Both the position numbers and the translations under genes were made by a program. This document shows, one piece after another, positions 40,680 through 50,600 of a stretch of DNA of 64,000 bases. The DNA is from Vulcanimicrobiota bacterium (lineage in GTDB: Bacteria; Vulcanimicrobiota; Vulcanimicrobiia; Eremiobacterales; Eremiobacteraceae). Location: assembly GCA_963805945.1 (NCBI GenBank), contig CAWDVP010000001.1, forward strand, positions 32,001 to 96,000, read 5' to 3'. Below the pieces are notes generated by a model. It was not told the origin of the DNA. It saw nothing but the letters and a program-made list of their open reading frames with translations, and did not search any database. The stretch's first letter is position 1. Every line of letters begins with the position of its first letter.

Positions 40680-42560
40680 CTACCAGCGATACGCCGCGAT
40701 CGCCGCCCATTGGCCCGGCGTCGTCCCCTGCCACGCGAAGAACATCTCGCCGATGGCGCCCGCCGACTTGGCCGCGCCCAAGCACCAATCGAGCTCGTCG
40801 GGCGACGGCGCGCCGGTCCGCCCGAGATCGGCGCTCTGGCCGGCGACGTTGACGGGTACGTCGCGGCCGGCGAGCGTCTGTGTGAGCGCGACGACATCCG
40901 CGCAATTGTCGCTCACCGCGCTGCGCGCGTACTCGTGCGCCCTGCGATAGTGGTGCCAGTACTCCATCGGCTGCATCGCGCTCGCGTAGCGCGCGATCCG
41001 CGAATACGGATAGTCGTCGTTGGTGAAGTGCGTGAGCCGCGGCGAGATGACAGTGGCGACCACGAGGTAGTCCGGACCGACCGCGTCGCGCGTCATCGCC
41101 ATGTAGTCGGCCATGCGTTCGCGCGCGACCGCGCCGTAGCCCATATAGTTCGTGCCGGGCTCCAGATCCAACGCGAGGCCCGCGAAGCCGTTCCCCGCGG
41201 CGCTGCGATAGCGCGCCATGCGGATCGACTCGGCGACGTCTTCGGCGCTGTTGCGCCGCGGCACCGACCACGCGACCAGACGGATGTCCGCGTCCGCGGC
41301 CGCATCGACGAGTTGATCGAGCCATGCGCGCGCCTGCGGGCTGGCCGCTTCGAAGAAGGTGCCGCGCGACAGACGCAGTTCGATCTCCGACACGCCCGCT
41401 TTGCGCGCTTGCGCGATGACGGTGTCCGGATCGAATCGCTCGTACGAGTTCGGGTCGCTCGTATCCGGCGAGAAGAACAAGAACATGCCCTTGCCGGCGA
41501 TCGCGTCGAGGCTCGTCTGCGCCATCTCCGCCGGCGTCGTCACCGGCGCGCTCGCGGCGCTCAGCGATGCGCTCGGCAGTTCGGCGACGATCGAGTAGCG
41601 GTAGGCGACGCCGGGCTCGACATGCGCGTCGCGCCACGCGCTGCCCGCCGGCGACACGCTGGCGACGAACTCACCGGGCGAGGAAGCGCCCGCGCTGCGG
41701 TAGACCTTGTATTGCCGCACGCCCGCCGATGCGCGCAGCGGCGTCCAACCGACAGCCACGAGGTGCGGGCCGACCGCCTGCGCGACGCTCGCGAACGAAC
41801 CCGGCGAACTTGGCGGCGCGGCTAGCGTGAGCTGCGCGTCGCGCGCGGGGCCGATCGCGTCGGCGACGACGGTGATGGGCGCGCCGCCGCGCGTCGTGAT
41901 CGTGATCGCCGGCGCTTGGTTCACCCACGGCTCGATCTCGAGCGAATCCGCGTCGCTGACGGAGAACCGCACGTCCGCGTGCGGGTCGTGCTGTTGCACA
42001 CCGGCGCTGTCGGCGGTCGACGCAACGACGTCGGTCTGCCACGTGCCGTCAGCGGTGAGCCGCCACGGCTGCGCCGTTATCGTGAAGCCCTGATGGTCCA
42101 TGGAGCGGTCGAATTTATTCGACCGTTGCGGTGCCCGAGCGAGGCCCGGGTGCTTCGGCGCCTGCGGTGCCCGAGCGACTCTTCGCGGTGGGGCGACTGC
42201 CTGAACGGTGCGCTGTAGTGCCCGAGCGGAGTTCGGGGTCTTCTCGTGCAGTGCCCGAGCGAAGCTCGGGCTGATCCGGCTCCCGCTCACGCGCGGCGAC
42301 CCGCTGATGCGCGCCGCGAGCTCCGGCTGCGGCGGATTCGGACCGGCCATCAACAAGATGACGGCGAACAAGAGCGAGCCTGCGGTTCCCGCCATGACCG
42401 CGCCGGCCCCGACCCGTGCCAACGCACCGGCTGCGCGCGGCGCCGGAGCAGCCGCGATCTCGCCGAGATACTCGCGCCGCCGGCGTTCGACCGTTGGGAA
42501 TTCCGTGCGACGACCGCGGACCGGTGTGACGCGATAGCGTCGCTTCGATGCTGCGCTCAC
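40680..42560 (-). CDS. Membrane-anchored protein with an FN3 domain and a C-terminal glycoside-hydrolase-like TIM barrel
   Basis: TM helix; W...YKVYR...WRDAHVEPGVAYRYSI (FN3); GKGMF, LALDLEP, QPMEYW. Confidence 0.7.
   Translation of the reverse strand: MSAASKRRYRVTPVRGRRTEFPTVERRRREYLGEIAAAPAPRAAGALARVGAGAVMAGTAGSLLFAVILLMAGPNPPQPELAARISGSPRVSGSRISPSFARALHEKTPNSARALQRTVQAVAPPRRVARAPQAPKHPGLARAPQRSNKFDRSMDHQGFTITAQPWRLTADGTWQTDVVASTADSAGVQQHDPHADVRFSVSDADSLEIEPWVNQAPAITITTRGGAPITVVADAIGPARDAQLTLAAPPSSPGSFASVAQAVGPHLVAVGWTPLRASAGVRQYKVYRSAGASSPGEFVASVSPAGSAWRDAHVEPGVAYRYSIVAELPSASLSAASAPVTTPAEMAQTSLDAIAGKGMFLFFSPDTSDPNSYERFDPDTVIAQARKAGVSEIELRLSRGTFFEAASPQARAWLDQLVDAAADADIRLVAWSVPRRNSAEDVAESIRMARYRSAAGNGFAGLALDLEPGTNYMGYGAVARERMADYMAMTRDAVGPDYLVVATVISPRLTHFTNDDYPYSRIARYASAMQPMEYWHHYRRAHEYARSAVSDNCADVVALTQTLAGRDVPVNVAGQSADLGRTGAPSPDELDWCLGAAKSAGAIGEMFFAWQGTTPGQWAAIAAYRW
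42100..42270. repeat. Cluster of five REP copies (1 family A, 4 family C) inside a CDS
   Basis: A at 42100-42124; C at 42128, 42164, 42215, 42248, with spacings 36/51/33 nt. Confidence 0.85.
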
Positions 42561-42627
42561 GGGTGGAGCGAGTTGGCCAGCCGCCGGGCGGCTCCTGGTC
42601 GGTCCGCGCCACCGTGCGCCCGGACAC

Positions 42628-42652
42628 GGTCGAGTAAACTCGACCGCTCCAT
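42628..42652 (-). repeat. REP family A copy, compensatory variant
   Basis: GGTCGAGT-AA-ACTCGACC-GCTCCAT. Confidence 0.9.
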
Positions 42653-42704
42653 ACGAGATGAACCCGGGGGTACAAGCGTTCTAGAGATGGAAAATAGGAG
42701 GCCC

Positions 42705-43433
42705 GTGAACGCACGCTCGGTCTGGGCCCGCTTGGCGGCCCCGCTTCTTCTCGCCTCGATAATCACCGCGCTCGGCACCGCCGGCACGCCGTCGGCTGCG
42801 CCTGCCTCGTCACAGGTCGACGCAGCGCCCTCGCCGGCCGGCCTGGCCTCAAGCGTCGAAGGGGTGGTCGATCTCGTCATCAAGCGCAATCCGTCGCTGC
42901 GTTCCTACAGCGCGAGCGCGCACCTCGATTTGCAACAAGTGAACTTCCCATACTTGCACCCGGTGCTCGACGGCCACGAGTATGTCTCGGCGCCTGGCTA
43001 CACGGTCTTCGACTATCCGCACACACCGTTCTACCTCAAAGGCATCACCAAGGTGCAGGGCGCTTTCGGCAACGCAGATCGCTGGCTGCACTGCTACGAC
43101 ATCAGCATGACGCAGGCGCCTGGAGCGTACCGGCTCCATATGGTGCCGAAGATCAACGGCGAGATCAGCGCGGTCGACGTGCTGCTCGGCCGCGATGGCG
43201 CGATCGATCAGGTCAAGTGGTCGTATCACGAGAATCCGAACGACGGACTCACGTTGACCCAGACCTATGCGGTCATCGACGGCTACAGCGTCGTGACCCA
43301 GCAGGCATCAGACGTGAGCCTGCATCACATCCGCGCGAAGGGGACGCAGACATTCAGCGGCTTCGCCTTCAACGTCCCCGTGCCGACGCCGACGCCGACC
43401 CCCTCTGATCCGCTGCACCAGTGCGATAACTAG
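42705..43433 (+). CDS. Secreted hypothetical protein (possibly LolA/RseB-like fold)
   Basis: AGGAGG RBS, signal peptide, NPSLRSY, YRLHMVPK, PTPTPTP tail. Confidence 0.65.
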   Translation: MNARSVWARLAAPLLLASIITALGTAGTPSAAPASSQVDAAPSPAGLASSVEGVVDLVIKRNPSLRSYSASAHLDLQQVNFPYLHPVLDGHEYVSAPGYTVFDYPHTPFYLKGITKVQGAFGNADRWLHCYDISMTQAPGAYRLHMVPKINGEISAVDVLLGRDGAIDQVKWSYHENPNDGLTLTQTYAVIDGYSVVTQQASDVSLHHIRAKGTQTFSGFAFNVPVPTPTPTPSDPLHQCDN

Positions 43434-43634
43434 ATGGAAGTGGGCAAGCCGGTCCGCGTGCTCAAAGCCGTCGACCTCGGCGCCGAAGGCAAGGTCGACA
43501 AGGGCGCGGTCGGCATCCTCGAGAGCATGCACAACAGCCCATACATGCCGTACTTGGTCCGGTTCCCGCAAGGGTCGTTCGCGTTCGAGGACGGCGAGAT
43601 CGAGGACGTCGACGAGCCTAGTGGTGCTGCTTGA
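43434..43634 (+). CDS. Small SH3-like hypothetical protein
   Basis: 66 aa, starts directly after the upstream stop; G.VG....YLVRF pattern. Confidence 0.6.
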   Translation: MEVGKPVRVLKAVDLGAEGKVDKGAVGILESMHNSPYMPYLVRFPQGSFAFEDGEIEDVDEPSGAA

Positions 43635-44493
43635 ACAGCTTCGGGTCGAAGTACCAATCCGGCACCGAGTCCGGGAACCCATAATCGGAGAACGTGTACT
43701 CGTAGTGCCCGCTGTCCCCCAGCGGACCGATGCGCACCGAGCCATCGCCCACCGCTGACGAGACGAGCCAGTGGTCGCCGACCGGCGCGAACACGACCGT
43801 CGCGTTGCCCTTGCCCGTCGCGATGCCTTTGGTGCCGCTTACTTCCGCGTATGCCTTCCAGACCTCAAAGGTCTTGACGTCGACCCACACGTCTTTCCAC
43901 GGATGCGTGCGCTCGTCGTGCAGCGCGCGCAAGGTGAGATGGTAGACCTGCTTGCCGTCGAGATCTTCGATGCCCGCGAGCTTGACCGAGTAATAGCGAT
44001 CGCCGGCCACCGGCTGCACTGAGAGCAGCGGCGGCGGCGTGGCGCCTGACGGCAGCGGACTGGGCGAGCCGATCGCAGGCGCAGGCGTCTCATCGGGCGG
44101 GGCGGTCGCGTAGAGAAGGATGTTGTTGTCGGGCGATGAGGGGAACGGGTAGCCGAAATGCGTCTCCGCATCGCCCGAGCGCTCCTTGTGGGTGCTCTGC
44201 ATCAGCCCTTTGCCGTCGCTGGTCCGATACCAGACACGGTAGTCGTAGTCGGAGCGGCCGCCGAGGTGCAAGAACACCTCGTGCATCTGATAGGTGATGA
44301 ACGGCGGCCGGGTGAGGTCGTGCTTGCGCGTCGCCTTCTCCGCGTTGATCATGATCTGATCGGCGCTGAGCTCGTCGTACACCGCGGGCGTAGGGGAAGG
44401 CGTCGGTGACGGCGGTGGCGTCTGGCCGAACACCGCGGTCGCCATGGCCAATCCCAACGCGACCGCGCCTGCGGCGGCGGCTTGACGTCTCAT
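43618..44493 (-). CDS. Secreted hypothetical protein (possibly LolA/RseB-like fold)
   Basis: Signal peptide, PSPTPSPTP, YSVKLAGIE...VYHLTL...VWVDVKTF. Confidence 0.7.
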   Translation of the reverse strand: MRRQAAAAGAVALGLAMATAVFGQTPPPSPTPSPTPAVYDELSADQIMINAEKATRKHDLTRPPFITYQMHEVFLHLGGRSDYDYRVWYRTSDGKGLMQSTHKERSGDAETHFGYPFPSSPDNNILLYATAPPDETPAPAIGSPSPLPSGATPPPLLSVQPVAGDRYYSVKLAGIEDLDGKQVYHLTLRALHDERTHPWKDVWVDVKTFEVWKAYAEVSGTKGIATGKGNATVVFAPVGDHWLVSSAVGDGSVRIGPLGDSGHYEYTFSDYGFPDSVPDWYFDPKLFKQHH

Positions 44494-44598
44494 GTCCGGA
44501 GAACGAGCCTCATCGCCGGATTGGTTGCGCTCGGCGTCGCGACATTCCTTATCGGACGAGGGGCTGGCCCGTGGTGGCGGAACTGGGATGAGGAGAAC

Positions 44599-47500
44599 AT
44601 GAAGCGTTTCGAACCCACACCGGAGCAGCTCGCCGTCATCATGCATCGCGGCAGCCACGCGCTGGTCTTCGCCGGTCCCGGCACCGGCAAGACCGAGACG
44701 CTGGCGCGCCGCTTCGCGTCGCTCGTGGTGGACGACGGCGTCGACCCCAGTGCTATCCTCGTGCTCACCTTCTCGCGCCGCGCGGCGGAGCAGATGCTCG
44801 AACGCGTCGTGCAGCGGTTGCGTGAGCGCACCGGCTCAGAGCTCGCTGTCAGCGAGCTGTTCGTGCGCACCTTCCATGGGTTTTGCGCCCGCCTGCTCGA
44901 CGGTGACGGCCCCCGTTCGCGCGAGCGGGATCTTCTCACGCCGATCAAAGAACGGGTGCTCTGGAAACGCATCGTCGCACGCGCGCCTTTGCAGTCCTTC
45001 GACGACGACGTACGCACGAGCCCGGCCTTCGCCGCGGATGCGCTCAACCTCATCGCGCAGCTCAAGGGCCAAGGCATCAGCCCATCCGAGCTGGCGGCGG
45101 CGCGCGCACAGGACGCGCGCCTCGGCGACATCGCCGAGCTCTACCGGCTCCTCGACGCCGATCGCGTGCGGCTCGGGCTCTCCGACTTCCGCGACCTGGT
45201 CAAGGATGCGCTCGCGGCGCTGGAGCAGCCCGACACACCCGCGGCACGCTGGCTGCGTCAACGCGGTGGTTTTGCGCACATCCTAGTCGACGAGTTCCAG
45301 GACAGCGATCGCCTGCAGCTGCGGCTGCTCGAAACGCTGGCCGGCGACGGCCGCGCGCGCCCGAACCCGACGCCCGAGATATGCTTCGTCGGCGATTTCA
45401 ACCAGTCGATCTACCGCTTTCGCGGCGCGACGCCGGAGAACATCGCTGCTGCACGCACCGCATTCGCTTGCAGCGAACTCACGCTGCGCACGAATCGGCG
45501 CTCTGCCCAGGCGGTGCTCGACGTCGCCAACAAGACGCCGAGACTCGATACGCAGTCACTCACCAAGGCGGAGGATCCCACGCGGCCTGGGTCGGTCCGG
45601 CTCGTGCGAGCGCCATCGCCTGAAGACGAGATCGCGTTCGTCGGCGACAGCGTCGCGCGACACATCGCCGCCGGCACCGCGCCGGGCCAGATCGCGGTGC
45701 TGCTGCGCGCCGGCGAGCCGTACACGAGCCGCATAGCCGCCGCCCTCGGCGATCGCGGCATCGCGATCGCAGCGCGGCCCGCCGCCGGTTTTCTGGAAGA
45801 CCCCGCGGTCGGCGCCGTGCTCACCGCCATGCGCCTCTGCGCAGACGATCAGGACGAAGCGCTGTGGACGCGGTTGCTCGTCAACCCGATCGTCGGATTC
45901 CGCGCGCTCTCCGTCCGCATGGCTTTCGACGCCGCGCGGCGCGCCGGCGTGGCCAACCCTTTCGTGGCGCTCACCGACGCGCCGCCGGCGGGCTTGCGCT
46001 CGTTCGACGATTTCTTGCGGTCGTGGCGTCGCATCGGACAAGCTGCGCCGAAGACGGGCGCCGCGGCGCTGATCGCGATCATCGCGTGCGAGCTCGACCT
46101 GCTCGGGCCGGTGCGCGACGGCAGCGCTCCACCCGGTTGGGACGCGACCTCGTCGCCGGCGCGTTTAAGCGTGCTCGTCGAGGCTGCACGGGACCTCGAG
46201 TCGGTATCGCGCGCGCTCGGCGAGCCGCGCGTCGCGCCGACGCGCTTCGTCGACGAGATCGAGGAGATCGCCGGTTTGCTGAGCGACCCGATCGAACCCC
46301 CGCGCGTCGAAGGTGCGGGCGTGCACCTCATGTCGATCCACGCCGCGAAGGGGCTCGAATTCGACGTCGTGATCGTGCCGCGCGCGATCGACGGCGTGAT
46401 TCCGCAACGCGCCCGCGGCCACGCCTTGCTGCCGCCCGCATCGCTGACGTCGCTGCGCCGGCTTTCGCCGACCCTGTTCGCCGGCGATGAAGACGTCTAC
46501 CAAGAGGAGTGCTCGTTGTGGTACGTGGCGCTCACGCGTGCGCGACGCGAGGTCGTGGTGACGCTGGCGAGCGCCGACGAGGACGACATCGAGCTGCCGC
46601 CGTCCCCCTTCACCCAAGCGATCGAGGACCGCAGCGCGACGCCCGATCGCAAGAAGGGCGCGCTCCGTCGGCCTATTACGGTTATCGAAGCCGTCGCGCC
46701 ATCGCCGCGCACCGACTGGCCGTCCGTGCGCCTCGCGGTCGATCACCTCTCCCCGAAGTCGGTCGAGACGTTTCTCACGTGTCCGCGCCGCTTCTTCTAT
46801 GGCGACGTGCTGCGGCTACAGGGCGAGCGCGACGAGGAGACGACGCTGCTCGGCCTCATCCTGCACGCGACGCTCGCCGCGTTTCACGAGACGGAGCGCG
46901 ATTTCACCTCGGCTCACGACCTCGCGGCGCGCCGCGAGCGCTGGCGCGCCGCGCTGCTCTCCCGACTGGATATCGCGTCGGCCGAAGCGGCCCGCCGCCA
47001 TGGCCTCGCCCTTGATTCCGGCTTCATGCGCTACGAGCTCGCCCTGGCGCGGAACTATGTGGACGAATACGTCGAACTGCTTGCGCGCGAGACGCTCGCG
47101 GCTCCCTTCGAAGTGCTCGCGAGCGAGCTGACGATCGACGCCGAGATCGACGGTGTGCGCTTCACCGGACGGGCCGACCGCGTCGACCGTCTTGCCGCAG
47201 GCGGCTTGGCGATACGCGACTACAAGAGCGGTAAGACCAGGGGCAAGACGGTGAAAGGGGTTCGGGAAGCGCTCGAACGCCTCGACGAGCGCGCGACGCT
47301 CGCCGGAGACGCGCCGTCCGGGCTCCATCTGCAGACGCTGCTCTACGCGCCCGGCGTGGAGGCGAAATTCGACGAGCGCGTCGTTCTCGCTCAATACATT
47401 TATTTCCGCGGCAAAGGCAAGGGAGAAGGCCTCGAGGTCGACTCGATAGCGATCGTCGAGGATGAGTCGGCGGCGAGCGACACGGCGCTGACGAGGTCGG

Positions 47501-47649
47501 AGGTCGAGCGCGCGCAGCGCGACATCGCCGCGGCGATCGCGCATTCGCTCGACGGCGGAATATCCGCGTTCTCGACCGCCTTTGCCGAACAGACCTGCCG
47601 CTTCTGTGACTACGTGCAGGCGTGCCCCGGCGCTATGACGGTCTCATGA
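44599..47649 (+). CDS. UvrD-type helicase fused to a PD-(D/E)XK nuclease (AdnA/AddB-like)
   Basis: GAGGAG RBS; AGPGTGKT, DEFQD, VGDFNQSIYRFRGA, HAAKGLE, YVALTRA; CPRRF...GRADRVD..DYKSG...CRFCDYVQAC. Confidence 0.9.
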   Translation: MKRFEPTPEQLAVIMHRGSHALVFAGPGTGKTETLARRFASLVVDDGVDPSAILVLTFSRRAAEQMLERVVQRLRERTGSELAVSELFVRTFHGFCARLLDGDGPRSRERDLLTPIKERVLWKRIVARAPLQSFDDDVRTSPAFAADALNLIAQLKGQGISPSELAAARAQDARLGDIAELYRLLDADRVRLGLSDFRDLVKDALAALEQPDTPAARWLRQRGGFAHILVDEFQDSDRLQLRLLETLAGDGRARPNPTPEICFVGDFNQSIYRFRGATPENIAAARTAFACSELTLRTNRRSAQAVLDVANKTPRLDTQSLTKAEDPTRPGSVRLVRAPSPEDEIAFVGDSVARHIAAGTAPGQIAVLLRAGEPYTSRIAAALGDRGIAIAARPAAGFLEDPAVGAVLTAMRLCADDQDEALWTRLLVNPIVGFRALSVRMAFDAARRAGVANPFVALTDAPPAGLRSFDDFLRSWRRIGQAAPKTGAAALIAIIACELDLLGPVRDGSAPPGWDATSSPARLSVLVEAARDLESVSRALGEPRVAPTRFVDEIEEIAGLLSDPIEPPRVEGAGVHLMSIHAAKGLEFDVVIVPRAIDGVIPQRARGHALLPPASLTSLRRLSPTLFAGDEDVYQEECSLWYVALTRARREVVVTLASADEDDIELPPSPFTQAIEDRSATPDRKKGALRRPITVIEAVAPSPRTDWPSVRLAVDHLSPKSVETFLTCPRRFFYGDVLRLQGERDEETTLLGLILHATLAAFHETERDFTSAHDLAARRERWRAALLSRLDIASAEAARRHGLALDSGFMRYELALARNYVDEYVELLARETLAAPFEVLASELTIDAEIDGVRFTGRADRVDRLAAGGLAIRDYKSGKTRGKTVKGVREALERLDERATLAGDAPSGLHLQTLLYAPGVEAKFDERVVLAQYIYFRGKGKGEGLEVDSIAIVEDESAASDTALTRSEVERAQRDIAAAIAHSLDGGISAFSTAFAEQTCRFCDYVQACPGAMTVS

Positions 47650-50600
47650 ACGACGGTCCGATGATGGAGTTTCCCGAGCTTCGATCGGGCACTACAGCAC
47701 TAGAGTCGACGAGCGAACTCACGACCGAGCAGCAGGCGGCAGCGGAGCACGTCCTCAACCGGCCGGCGATCGTCGATGCAGGCGCCGGCACCGGGAAGAC
47801 GCACACGATCATCAATCGCGTCGCGTATCTCGCGCGCAGCGGCATCTGCGCCGCAGACAAGATCTTGTTGCTCACCTTCGCGCGGAAGGCCGCCGCGGAA
47901 CTGCGTCGGCGCGTGCTGGAGCGCCTCGGCCCGGACGTCGAGCCGCCGCACTGCTCGACGTTCCACGCGTTCGCGGCCAACGTGCTCGCCGACCACGCGT
48001 ACGAATTGCAGGTGTCGCCCGATGCGACCGTCATCGAGGACATCGATGCGCGCCTTGAATTCCGCTCGGCGTTCGACGAGGTCATCCACAGCGACCATGA
48101 GGACGCGGACGCCCTGCCGCTGCGCCCGGCGCAGCGCGATCAGCTTCGCGACGGTCTGTTCGCGATCGCGCAAAGGCTCAAGGAGCAGGCGATCAAGGTC
48201 GACGACTTCGAGCGTCGAGCGCTCGCCGCCGCTGACGCCATCGAGCGCATCCCGTTCCGGGAGATCCGGCCGGAAGGCAAGACGAAGAAGCCGCGCAACC
48301 CAGTGGCGCAGACCACTGACGCTCGCTTGCGCGTGGAAGCGGAGGATGCGCGAGCACGCGCCCGGGCCGCCGCCAAGATCTTCCGTCGCTACGAAGAACG
48401 GCTTCACAGGCGTCACGCGCTGACGTACGCCGACCTTCTGCTCCTCGCCCGCGACGGCATCGAGCGCAATCCCAGCCTCGCCAGCCGACTGCGCGGGCGC
48501 TATCGGCATTGCATCGTCGACGAGTTCCAGGACACCGATGAGGCGCAGTGGCGCTTCTTGGCCACGCTGTTCGGCGCAGAGCTCGAGAACGTGACCGCGG
48601 TAGGCGATCCACGCCAGAGCATCTACGGCTTCCGCGGCGCCACGCCGGGGAACGTGACGAAGTTCGCGGGCCTGCCGAACGCCGTGCGGTACGCTCTGTC
48701 GGAGAATCGCCGCTCGCGTCAGGAGATCCTCGACTTCGCGCACGCCGTCATCGGCGAGGTGTCGGAGGATGACGCGCCGCTGCGCGCGCAGCGCGGCGCG
48801 GCCGGCGCGCAGATCGTCCACGTCTCGAGCGCGTGGACGTTCGAGGACGGCGCCAAGCGCAACGCCGATGCCAACCGCGTGGCGCAGGCGGATGCGGTGG
48901 CGCGGCTCATCCGAGCGCGCCTTGCGCGGGGCGGTATCGCACCGCGCGACGTCGCGATCCTCTCGCGCAACAAGACGCAACTGCAGCCCTTCACTGCAGC
49001 GCTGAACGCCGCGGGCATCCCCTATCGGCTCTTGGGAGGTGCCGGGTTCTACGAGACCAGCGAGATCCGCGACGCCCTCGCATGGCTGCGCCTGCTCGCC
49101 GATCCGCTCGACGGCCAGGCCGCAGCGCGCGTGTGCGCGTCTGCCGCTTGCGGACTCACCGATGCGGCGACGGCGGAGCTGGCCGCCGGCCTGCCGAGAG
49201 ACGAGACGGGCTTCGCCCGCCGTCTCTTCGTCGAGCCGATCCCGGAGACGCTCGACGCCGACAGCCGAGCCCGCATCGAGCGCGTTCGATCAACTATCGA
49301 TGCGTTGGAGCCGTACGCGGCGGCGCCGCTTTCAGCTTCCATGCCCGTCGTCATCGGCGTCACCGGCCTCGCGCACGAGCGCGCCGGCGGCGAGCAGGCG
49401 AGCGCGAACCTGCGCAAACTTCTCCGTCTGGCGACCGATTTCGTCACCCGCAACCGCGAGGCGCAAGCGATCGATTTCGTGCATTACGTCGATGAGCTTG
49501 CGCGGATCGAATTCGACGATCGCGAAGCGGATGCTCCGGCCGACGATGCGGTCACGATCATGACGGCCCACGCGGCGAAGGGATTGGAATGGCCGGTCGT
49601 TTTCATCATCGACGTATGGCCTACGAATTTTCCGACGTCGTTGGTCACATTGGATGAAGCGACCGGCGCGCTGCTATGCCGCGAGGGCCGCGACGATACG
49701 CCGCTCTTCCATATCGAGGTGGCGCGGCGTCATCCCGATGCGCGCGGCATGATCCCGCACGAGGACGATAAGGAGTCAGGGCCGAGCGACGAGGAACGCC
49801 GTCTCTTCTACGTCGCGCTCACGCGCGCCAAAGACGAGCTGTACATACTCGGCGGCCGCTCGTACCGCGGCAAGAATCCGAGCGGTCGCACGCATGTCTT
49901 CGTGGAGGAAGCGGAACGATGGCTTGCGACGCAGGGGTGGGAGGTCGACGAGCCGATAGATGACGCCACTCCGGCAATACCGCGATCAGCCGATCTCGCG
50001 CTCGAAACGCCGCAAACGCCCACGCCGAGCGCCGATGCACGGTCGAGTGAACTCGACCGCTCCATAGCCGACCCGCGACAGACGCAGGTCGGTGCGCTGC
50101 AACTCTCGTTTTCGTCACTGCACGCCTTCGAGCGGTGTCCCCGCAGTCTCACGTACGCGATGGTCATGCGGCTGCCTGATCTACGCGTGGGCAGAAAGGC
50201 CGACTCGGACGAGACCGGCGACGGCGAAGCGCGAAGAGACGCATCCGCTCCCGGTGCGCTCATGGCCGATGACTACGGTCGCATCGTGCACCGCGCACTC
50301 GAGCGCTGGTCGGGTGCACGCATGCACGGCGACGGCGTGCAGACGCCCGAGACGTATGTCGCCCAAGCGATATCCGACCTTCGGCTGCGCCTCAAGGCCG
50401 CCGAAGTCAAACGCGCCTCGGCGGACGTGCAGGCGGCGATGACCGCCCTTGCGGCGTGGCGCGTCGAGCACGCGGAAGCGCCGTTTTCGATGCAGTATGA
50501 CGACGTGGTCGTCAAGGGCTATATCGACCTCATCGCCCGCGATCCGCACGGCAGCGCCGTCGTGCTCGACTACAAGACCGGCACGACCGCGGCGCGGGAA

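Noticed and set aside
42128..42270. Four 23-nt repeats as a mini CRISPR array
   Set aside because: Gaps are only 10-28 nt and irregular, the repeats are degenerate and also occur singly elsewhere, and there are no cas genes
44482..44598. Hydrophobic N-terminal extension on the first helicase (TTG start)
   Set aside because: A strong GAGGAG RBS precedes the ATG at 44599, and the extension overlaps the start of the divergent gene
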